The position numbers and the translations under genes were made by a program. The notes beneath the pieces are model-generated. The model made no database searches, was not told the DNA's origin, and saw only the letters and a list, made by a program, of their open reading frames with translations. A stretch of DNA of 64,000 bases from Asterias rubens (lineage: Eukaryota): NCBI RefSeq assembly GCF_902459465.1, contig NC_047064.1, forward strand, positions 21,080,001 through 21,144,000. Direction: 5' to 3'. Shown one piece after another: positions 48,201 to 59,138 of this stretch (positions are counted from its first letter, which is position 1; every line of letters begins with the position of its first letter).

Positions 48201-49644
48201 CATCTTATGGTGTCCATTGAACACTTGCTGTGTCTTGTAGTTGGCTTCGTTTGTTGCTAGGGTCATTTAATTATATCACAGATACAGTGTATTGGGCTGT
48301 GCATTCACGCAGCAACCGTACACGAAGACAACCATTTTGAATGCTTACCGATCCAAAGGGAAAGGGAGAAACTGCAGAATTTGATGATAGTAAGTATACA
48401 AACGCAAAGGTAAGTCGAGCTTCTATCAATGTTATGTAATAGATCAAACTTGAACTTAACACTTGGGGTGATCAACGAGGAAATTTCCGTATCCTGCCAC
48501 CACTTTGTCATTTTGATATGAAATAAATTGGTGAGAAAATAGAAGTAGCTGTTGCAAACTGCTTCCCAACCAAAGGATGGTATAAAAATACATAATGGCC
48601 TGTCGACGTTTTGACTTATTTATACCCATGCTTTAGCCATGGAGGCTACCTCCATGCTTTTAGCACAGGCTTTCTCGAAGGCTAAATGAGAACACAACAA
48701 ACATGAACAGAAAATCAGTGAAGCAGAAATACCTGAATAGAGAGAGAGAGTAATAGAGAAATGAGTATAGTTTTACTTTACAATGAGATATTCCTTTTTG
48801 TAAAAATTAGTGGAAAAGTGGTGGCCGGATACGGAACTTTTCCCAATTAACTGGCAACCATTTCCAGGCAATCTCCAAGAAAGTGATTTTATTTCAGCTG
48901 CATCATTGAGGGCGCTGTAGCCACAAGGGTTTTAAAGGCAGTGGACACTATCGGTAACTGTCAAAGACTAGCCTTATAACAAACCTGTGAAAATTTGAGC
49001 TCAATCGGTCATCGAACTTGCGAGCGGAAAAAAACACCCTTGTCACACGAAGTTGTGTGCGTTTAGATGGTTGATTTCGGTTGATTACTTCTTTCTCAAA
49101 AACTATGTCACTTCAGAGGGAACCGTTTCTCACAATGTTTTATACCATCTATACCTCTCCCCATTACTCGTCACCAAGTATAAGGTTTTTATGCTTATAA
49201 TTATTTTTAGTAATTACAAATCTCGTATTATTTCATCGACGTTTACTGTGTTTTTTTATCGCGATTTTTTTGTTCGTGGTATGTGCCTTTTTTATGTCCC
49301 GTTCGGTTCCTTCCTGAGTGAACAGTGGCTGCCAAGCCACTTTATGCAACGGCGACATACACAATACTTTGATTGGAACCAGCCCCCCCCACCCCCCCCC
49401 CCCCCCCGAGACAATTTTTTTATAAATAAATAGAAAATAAAATAACAAAATATGTGTCCTGAAATCTTATGCTGAGAAGCATGCCTCTTTATTATTGCAG
49501 GCATAAGGAGACAATTTTAAGCATTATTCTAAAACTTTTGAGTTTTGTTTCTCAAGCTAATTTTTTTATCACAATGAATGAAAAGACACATTGGATAGGT
49601 CACCACATATGAATATATTACTTTGTTTATCCCTTTATTAGATC

Positions 49645-51573
49645 ATGCTGATTTTCACCTGTCGGCGCTGGAATGGAAGACAGCTCGCCATCTTGGTTGT
49701 GGCGGCAAGTATAGGATTAGTGGCGTGGTCCGGTAAGGAAATCCAACCAACGAAACCCCTAAATATTATTATAATCATAAATTTAGAATCAGCTTGCAGG
49801 TCTGATACTTTACAGTGGCTTTGGATACAGAGGCAATGAAGGCGATTGCATCCATGCCCCCTGGTCATTTCCTTGGTGCCCTTGAAATGCTCCAGTAGAA
49901 ATTTACGTTCCTTATGTTGCCCTTGCCCGTTCAAAGACGAAGTATACAGGCCTGACCTTATCAACAAAATTTTGCTTGTGTTTAAAGACAGTGGACACTA
50001 TTGGTAATTGTCAAAGACCAGTCTTCTCACTTGGTGTATCTCAACATATGCATCAAATAACAAACCTGTGAAAATTGGAGCTCAATCGGTCGCAGAAGTT
50101 GCGCGATAATAATGAAAGAAAAAACACCCTTGTCACACGAAGTTGTGTGCTTTCTGATGCTTGATTTCGAGACCTCAAGTTCTAAACTTGAGGTCTCGAA
50201 ATCAAATTCGTGGAAAATTACTTCTTTCTCGAAAACTACATCACTTCAGAGGGAGCTGTTTTTTTACAATGTTTTATACTGTAAACCTCTCCCCATTACT
50301 CGTAATCAAGAAAGGTTTTATGCTAATAATTATTTTGAGTAATTACCAATAGTGTCCACTGCCTTTAAATCTTGTGCAATAAAAAGGAGGTATAAGGACG
50401 CAAAGTTTATTTATCCAAACGAATTCTTCAGATGAACATTTTTTAGTCGCAGTATTTTTATAACAAAAACTCAATCACCAAATGCTATTTTCTTATCTGA
50501 TAGTTCAATGTTCAATCAATCTTACAGGCTGGAAACACCACGCTGACATAATGTACCGAATGAAACGATTGAAAGACTTTGACCCCACGTTTTTAGTACG
50601 GTTTGTTGAGGCACCGAAGTTACCGGGCGTGCGAGCCACACCAAGCCCCTTGCAGGATATTATTGCAGTTACTCATCTGATAACTCAAATTTCAATCCCT
50701 CCTACAGGCTGGAAACGCCACAATGAGCAAATGAACCGAATGAAACGGTTGAAAGACTTCGACCCCACATTAGTACGGTTTGTTGAGGCACCGAAGTTAC
50801 CGGGCGTAGGAGCGACTCAGAGCCCCTGGCAGGATGCCGTCTCAGACCCACGCCCAGTCGTCCTCGCAACCACGAACAAAGCCTTCTTGGACTTCACTGA
50901 AAACTGGTTGGAAAGCATCAAGCGAGTGGGCACTAAGCCACGGATTCTAGTCGTAGCCGAAGACGAAGAAACGCAGCGGTTTCTCTACGGGAGACCGGAC
51001 GTCCACGTGGTGATTTCAGAGGGTTTCAAAATACCCGCTCACAAACTGGAGTGGGACTCACCTATCTACAACGCTATGGTGAACAAGCGGCCGGCTTACA
51101 TCTATCAACTCCTAGAAAAAGGACACCATGTGCTCTTTAGTGACGTTGACACTGTGTGGTTGAAGGAACCATTCCAGTTTCTTGATGGTGAGTTTGACAT
51201 AGCAGTAGAAGAAGACCAACACAAACCGTACATCGCTTACTGCGCAGGGTTCGTCTACTTTAGGTGTACAGAAAAGACCAAAGAGTTCGTAAAGGAATGG
51301 CTCCGCCGATTGCACGAATCACAGACTAGTATCTCAGATCAGGTGATTATGAATAAAATGCTGATCGAAGAGAAGCTCCCAGGATTAAGAAAGAAAGTGA
51401 TGTCATCCCAGATTTTCCCGAATGGCAAACTTTACTTTGCTAATTCTCAGTTTTATGAGAACCACCACGAGAAAGCGGCTGTAGTGCATAATAATTGGGT
51501 ACAGAGCAAGGAGGTCAAACTGCAACGGTTCAAAGCAAACAATTTGTGGTTCGTTGAAGACAGAGAAGGGTAA
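49645..51573 (+). CDS. nucleotide-diphospho-sugar transferase (PF03407/GT77-like), divergent paralog 4, 317 or 377 aa
   Basis: Exon 49645-49732 (MLIFTCRRWNGRQLAILVVAASIGLVAWS, TM, phase 1) + exon from 50528 or 50708 to 51573; motifs FLDFTENW, LFSDVDTVWL, YCAGFVY, DQVIMN, FPNG, VVHNNW. Confidence 0.88.
49986..50364 (+). mobile_element. MITE family A, full length with intact TTAA TSDs, in paralog-4 intron
   Basis: ttaa|agacagtggacactattggtaatt ... aattaccaatagtgtccactgcct|ttaa. Confidence 0.9.
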
Positions 51574-51707
51574 AGCAGTGACCTGTCAACTCTTACATAC
51601 TGCGAGGCCATTTTGTTTGTTGTTGCATTCCGAGTTTGTCCAATCGCAAACTTGGGAATTGCTACTATAGGTGTTTACACAAAATGTGATCAAAACCATA
51701 TCTTTAA

Positions 51708-52078
51708 AGGATTTGGTTACTTTTTGTAACACAAAACACAATGTCCACAGATTTACATTAAACCAACACCGTTTGAAGATAATGATAATAGAAAGCTTAC
51801 CTTAAAAATGTTAGTTGCTGGGGTGCTGTAGGTTTTGAGAAATTGGTAAAACAATGTCATGAAAATACATTTTTACATGCTAAAATAATTTGCGTCTCAT
51901 GATCAGAGAGACGGAAATTATTTTCATAGCATTGTTTTACTCATTCTCAAAAACTACAGCACCTCATCAAGTAATATTTTCAGGGAAGCTTTCTACTATC
52001 ATTATCTTCAAACTGTGTGAGTTTAGTGAAAATCTGTGGACATTGTGTTTTTTGTCCAACAAAAAGTACATAGACCCT
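51708..52078. mobile_element. MITE family F, copy 2
   Basis: ttaa|aggatttggttact ... agtacatagaccct|ttaa. Confidence 0.8.
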
Positions 52079-53274
52079 TTAATCACATTTTTGTAACTTC
52101 TTGTTGCAAGGAAATTACTCGAATAGTATATTAATTTTGTTTTAGTATTGCTAGGTATTGAAACCAAATGTGATTCATCAGCTATAATTGGGAACACCCT
52201 TTACTTTTTTTCGGGTTTTTTTTTGCAAAAAAAATCCCAAATGCACAAAATAACAAACCTGTAGACATTTTGGGCTCAATTTGTCATCGAAGCTGCAAGA
52301 AAAAAAATGAAAAATTAAACACCATTGCTGCATATAATTACATATGTGCTTTCAGATGCCAAGGCAAGACTTCATACATGACCTCTTTCACTGAAACTAC
52401 ATGTACATTACATCAACGGATGTTGTTTCTGACAGTGTTTTAAAATGTCAACAGCTTTTAACCAAATAAGTTTTAAATTACAAAAAATGCCTTAAAGGTC
52501 AAAGGAATTTGTTTGAAATATTTGTGAATTATTTATATCGTTCAAAATAAACTCATGGCCTAGGCTATTATTATTCGTTTTAAATATTTAAGCGTCAATA
52601 AAATAATATGCATCATGACGCAAAACCTGACCCCAAAAATGTGAATTTACTTTTTTGTTTAACTGAAAGTTGTTCTAGATAACAGACGAAGCAGGTGGGC
52701 TTGGCCATAGTAGCTCCTAAATTGTTATGATTTGGTGAAATTTATACCAATGCGAATTACTCTCAAAAACTTAGTGTTTTCAGCTTTAAATTAGATGCTT
52801 AGAGTCATGTTAAAGTGTTAGCGGTAACCAACTCGACAGAGCCTGGTAATTTATGGACAACCATTCACATTTTCCAGATAAAAACATTGAGAATTCGTGA
52901 TCGTTGTGATCTGAAAAGTTAAGTTCCAATTATCACCCAGCAAAGCTCCAAAAACACAAACTAAATTTTTTCCTGTTGGGCCACAATGTTAATTAAGCCT
53001 CAATCAAAAGTGCGAAGACAATCGGAGTTTTTAATTCGGATATTGCATTTGTTCAGGCTCTGCCTTTTCTCTACTTGCTGGCATCATTTCAAGTTACCTA
53101 GAAATAGCACAGTGGTCTCACTTTGTGGCAAATTTTGGATATCCGTTTGAAAGGTTCCGATCTATGAAAACTATAGAAAGACTTCTCTCCCCCAGTGGTC
53201 TTTACTTAAAAGTTTGCTTCTATATAACCCACGTTGGGGTGACTCACTGAAGAGAGGAAGGGGCTGTTTACATG

Positions 53275-53285
53275 TATATAATATA
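53275..53285 (+). promoter_or_regulatory. TATA-like element upstream of SLC34 exon 1
   Basis: tatataatata about 190 bp upstream of the proposed ATG; position only. Confidence 0.3.
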
Positions 53286-53473
53286 GAGCGATGGGGAGCA
53301 GAGGACTCTTTCGAAAGGGGGTGACGTTGCCGGTGTTTTTGAGCTCCTCAAGACATAGGCCTAGGTGTTTCCTACCGGTGCGGTACCAGCTCAAATTCAA
53401 CGGTTGGGTCGCTTGGCTGGCTGGACAACAAGGACCTGTTTTGGGGAGGGATTTGTTCATCTAAACGCTCATC

Positions 53474-56400
53474 ATGACGCGAACGGAGGACACTGAAGAT
53501 CTGGTAAGTGTCCCAAATACGTCTTAAGATTTCATTCACTATAATACCTGTAAATAACAATACATGATGTATATGTAGTTACAGTCTCCTGAAGACGATC
53601 AGAGCATACTGATTGAAACGTTGAGTTGTTAACCACCGGTTCTTTTTAGAACCAACACTACTCGAAAAAGAGATTTTCACATGTACTCTCACCATAGACC
53701 TTATCGCAAACACCAATGCGCAAGCGCAGACTGTTGAATGAGGTGCATTGTGGGATATATATGGATCAAATTTGGATACCAGCTAGACCACAATGCACCT
53801 AATTCCAAGCTTTACGCGCGCGCCCGGTATTTGCGAAAAGGTCTATGCATGCATCATACTTTAGTATGATTCAGACAGTTTGTATCTGCGCTTCATCACC
53901 AGACATTTCAAGGATCACCTATCTTGAATTTTCAGAATAACGTCTTGTGTGTTGTTTATACACGGGGTGCGTTTCGCTTGGTAACAAACAAAATAAGTGC
54001 TTCGGTTGAACTTGCCATTGGGGGTCACTGACCATTGACCGAACAAGTTATTGGTTACAGCCGCAAAAAAAAGAACTCAAGGTGTTTCGGTGTTGCCGAC
54101 CATCGCACCAGACTTCAGGACCAAATTATTAGCTAAGCACAACAAAATTATGCTTACCAGAGCAAGGTTTCCAGCCAAACTACCATTTCACAATGTCATG
54201 TCAAATTGAGAATAGTATCCTGCTTATTTTCGCTTAGCAGAAATTATTATTTGTGATTGTGTTACGATGCTTTATTAAGTATACTGCCTTGTTCAGAAAT
54301 ATATAGACTAACTCTGCGTTTAGAACAGCGTCGTCCCTAACAACTTTGAAACATCAAAGGCACAGTCCCGTATTAGATTTATTTCCTGAAATTGCACAAT
54401 CGTTAATTTGCCACATCCCCTTGCCTTCGAATTTAATAATGGAGTAGGGGTTACACATTGAAACATATTGACATAATATCAAGGTGATTGAGCTGGCATG
54501 AACTTATTTCCATAAAGCAACCTCTAATTTGCATGCACTATCCTACTGACGTCAGTAAGATAATTTTGTTGAACTGAAAAATGTTTTCAAACAGTTTGTA
54601 AACGCAAAAAAACACTGTAAAGAGAAAGTAATTGACATTGAAGTAAGCTTCATTGTAATTGATTGTGTGGTTTTTTTCACACTCAAGTTCTTAGATGGAT
54701 AGTCTTACCACGACATGAAAACAACCACAACCTGAGCATGTTACAAATTGCCAGATATGCGTAATATTAATTATGAAAGATGCCATACAGTAGTTGTTAA
54801 CAATGTGGCGAAATCGGTCATCTTTTCCTGACGATGAGGGCGCTATACAAACGGACAAAGCAGAGCCATGTGGGTTTTTTTTATAGAGAGTTCCGATCAG
54901 AAGCCATTTTTGTGGTTAAACAAATCCTTGGCTAATACAGGATGCCAGACTAGTCAGCCTATTGGGTTGTGCTGCATTTGGACCGAAAATGACATCTACA
55001 CGTGACCAAATACAAATGTTCCCTCTGAGTCGCAATTTTGCCATACACAGCCATTTCGGCCCAGGCCCAGATATATGTATTTTTATCATTTGAGTGAGAA
55101 ATTACCTCTTTCTCAAAAACTATTTTACTTCAGAGGGAGCCATTTCTCACAATAACTATAATTTCAACAGCTCTCGATTGCTCGTTACCAAATAATTGTT
55201 ACGCAAACAATTGTTTTGAGTAATTACCAATAGTGCTCATGCCTTTAAGTACCATGCCAAACACAAAATGGCTGCCATGATGACGTCAGACCAGACCCGT
55301 CTTGGAACGCACAACGGAAGACAAACAACTAAAACCAGGATATCGCCTGATGACTGGAATTGTGTTCATTCTAGACAGACACAAGGGGGTTATGAATAAG
55401 ACATGGGAAGGGGAAGGGGGTAAATTATGACTCAGTCTGTTGCTTAATATAGGGCTCCCTACAGTGACAGTTAAGCGTCAGTGAAGGAAGGAGGTATGCA
55501 CGGTCTGATGCATGACTGCACGGGCCAACGTCAAACGGCACCAGGTTGGGTTTATAGGGAGATGTTTTCTGGCAGGAAATTGGTCTTAATATAGTTTGTT
55601 TAAATATTTCAATGCAAATAATTTGTATTTGGTTATCCATATAGGTCTACACCTATGTGTGTTAAAGACAGTGGACACTATTGGTAATTGGCAAAGACCA
55701 GTCTGCTCACTTGTATTGCTGTATCTCAACAAATGCATAAAATAACAAATCTGTGAAAAATTTGAGCTCAATCGGTCGTCGAAGTTGCGAGATAATAATA
55801 AGAGCAAAAACACCAAGGTCACACGAAGTTGTATTATTTCAGATGCTTGATTGACCTCAAATTCTAAATCTGAGGTTTCGAAATCAAATTCGTGGAAAAT
55901 TACTTCTTTCTCGAAAACTACGTCACTTCAGAGTGAGCCGTTTCTCACAATGTTTTATACTGCCAACTTCTCCCCATTACTCGTTACCAAGTGAGGTTTT
56001 ATGCTAATAAATATTTTGAGTAATTACCAATAGTGTCCACTGCCTTTCAGCACTGCATTTATAATCTGATGTTTCCTGAGTCCTCTGATATGTATAGTTA
56101 CTCATTGCTGGTACGTGACCTTTGCCGGCCGTTCTACAGCAGGACCAAACTTCAAAAAGCCTAAGCACCAAAAACGAATGCTTAGCACATACAATAGTGC
56201 TTACGGGTTACCAACCAAAATCACATTGTCGTAACTGGTATGCCGCTAAATTTTTGCTTAGCAAGTAAGTTGTCAAGCAGTATTTTTCTGCCTGAAGTAT
56301 GTATACTTCAGAGGTAGTTATTTCTCACAATGTGTTATACTAGCAACAGTTTCCAAAACCACAAGACCTGTACTGTAACTTAAATGATTTGAACTTTATC

Positions 56401-59104
56401 AAATTTCCACAGGTCATGGATCCGGACCATCCGAGCAATCATCGCCAAGAGAGGCTCCGGAGCTTTGGTCGTGTCGCCGGAGGAGTGCGTCGATACACGG
56501 GTAGCTTCAAGAAGCGAGTCCGGAAATCCGTGAATTCCTTCATCGATGGAGGAGAGATTGATGAGGAGGTTGACCCGTGGGCTCTTACCGAAATGGAACA
56601 GACCAGTGAACCCTGGTCCGGTAAGTCAGTTTTTGACCTTTACAAGCCGTCTGGTTGACCCGTGGGCTCTTACCGAAATGGAACAGACTAGTGAACCCTG
56701 GTCCGGTAAGTCAGTTCTTGACCTTAGAAGCTGTCTGGTTGACCCATTGGCTCGTTTAATACCGAAATGGAACAGACTAGTGAACCCTGGTCCGGTAAGT
56801 CAGTTCTTGACCTTTACAAGCTGTCTGGTTGACCCGTGGGCTCTTACCGAAATGGAACTGACCAGTGAACCCTGGTCCGGTAAGTCGGTTCTTGACCTTT
56901 GGAAGCTGTCTAGTTGACCTATTGGCTCTTTTAATACCGAAATGGAACAGACTAGTGAACCCTGGTCCGGTAAGTCAGTTCTTGACCTTTACAAGCTGTC
57001 TGGTTGACCCGTGGGCTCTTACCGAAATGGAAAAGACCAGTGGACCCTGGTCCGGTAAGTCAGTTCTTGACCTTAACAAGCTGTCCAGTTGACCCATTGG
57101 CTCTTACCAAAATGGAACAGAGAACCCTGGTCCGGTATTAAGTCAGCTCACCCTCCTATTATTACGCCCCTGTTCTCACAATTTCCAATTTCGCTTATAA
57201 AAACACACCCCGGGAAATTCCCGGGGAATTTTTACCCCACTATTAAAGCTTTATTGTCACTTTTTCTTTCACCCTTATTCGAATTATTTAGAGTTAACGA
57301 CCTGTGGGAAGATTCAGCGTGTCGTAGTGGACTGGATTGGCCGTCCTCTAGGCGTCATCATCCTGCTATATTTCTTTATTTGCTCGCTGGATTTGATGAG
57401 CTCGGCGTTCAGACTTCTTGGAGGTAAGGAGCAAAAACTGATGATAATATTCACAAAATCTTGCGAAAAATGGATAGTAACCATCAGAATTGAAACTTGG
57501 GGTAGGAAGATGTGCTTGATTATAACAATTAGTTGCCATCAACCGTAGCAACTTGCCATGTGGTAATTTTTGTGAAATTTAGGTTACGCCGCACAAATCG
57601 TATTGTTCAAAAATTAAAAACAAACAACAGTACGTTGGCGTTAGCGTGTGCAAGATTCCTGATAGTGACACTGGGGTTTTATATAGAAATCCATTGAAAG
57701 GAACTTGACATTTTGACCTTCTGTTGAATAATGGCAGATTACCAAGATGGATTGATCCTAGTACCTAGACTCCTTCATATCTGTTTTCTTTAACTCATCA
57801 GGTAAGGAGGCCGGTGAAGTGTTCGCTGACAGTACCCTGTTGAATAACCCCATCTGCGGCTTGATGATCGGCATTCTAGCCACAGTGTTGGTCCAGAGTT
57901 CAAGTACATCCACGTCCATCGTAGTCTCCATCGTGTCGGCTGGAAGTAAGACTATATGGCACCGGCTCTGGCTTAGGCAGCACTAATCATTTAAAGCCAA
58001 AGTTGTGTACGCTGAATCAAAATGGCTACTGTAGTCAAGCCAAAGCCAGTATCGTGGTTTTGAACCACTTTTTCTACAATACAATCAAACGTAATATTTG
58101 GTATGGTGCCTTATCAACGTAGAAGTGAAAGAAGAATCAAAAACATAGGATAAAAAAAAAATCACATGGTGCTCATTGGGATTTCTCTCTTCCCATTTTT
58201 TGGTTACTTCGACGTTGTCTTTGAGTTGATGTTTTCAGACGCCATGTAGGATTTGTAGAAATTGTTGTTCATTTTTGTGCAGTATTTCTGTCTTGTGTTC
58301 TACTCTGGTGTGTCTTATTTCAATGTCTTTTCTCCTGTTGTGTATGTGTTTTTGGCATGTTCTTGCTGTTTTTTTATCTGAATAAATTCACTAAATAAAT
58401 CAACTTCTTCCCGCCAATCAACTTCTTCCCGCCAATAGTCTTACAAGTGAAGCCGGCAATCTTCATCGTCATGGGCGCTAACATTGGTACCTCTGTCACC
58501 AACACCATCGTGTCCATGGCACAGTCAGGCAATCGCAATGAGTTCAGACGGGCCTTCGGTGGAGCAACCATTCACGACATGTTCAACTGGCTGTGCGTCT
58601 TCTGCCTACTGCCGGTGGAAGTGGCTACACACTATCTTTACCACTTCACGAGTCTCATCGTGAATAGCTTCAACATGACTACAAACAAGGGCACTAAAGT
58701 TGAACTTCTCAAGGTGCTGACCAAACCATTTTCCAAGAAGATTATTGACGTGAGTATGACGTACAATAGACCCAAAGCTTGGAGGAAGTGTTAGGTTTAG
58801 ATGGAGTGGGCTCCACCCAACAATGCCATAGTAGGTAGTACACTGCAAAAGCTGGGGTAAAATTTACACCGTGTGTGTTCTCACATGATACCCCCCCCCC
58901 CGAAAAAAAAATATATATATATATATATATACACTATCAAATAATAAACCACAAGGGAAACTGACTGGGAACATTTTTAAATGATTTTGGATTGAACAAA
59001 GAAAAATTGACTAGAGTGGGATTTGAACCAACGACCTCCGGCACGTTAAACCGGAGGTCGTTGGTTCAAATCCCACTCTAGTCAATTTTTCTTTGTTCAA
59101 TCCA

Positions 59105-59138
<34 letters not shown>

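Larger units (their letters stand above)
39712..49097 (+). repeat. tandem segmental duplication, unit 3
   Basis: Near-identical to unit 2; ends in the MITE A copy that continues into unique sequence. Confidence 0.9.

Noticed and set aside
1443-50352. Recurrent 60-130-aa ORFs with [12 protein letters not shown] / KKHPCHTKLCAF
   Set aside because: Chance translations of MITE family A; no transposase motifs. No autonomous transposase or reverse-transcriptase ORF was found in the window.
56546-57427. ORFs 56546-56917, 56865-57092, 57089-57427 as separate proteins
   Set aside because: By-products of the exon-end minisatellite read in shifting frames; the real frame splices at 56620.
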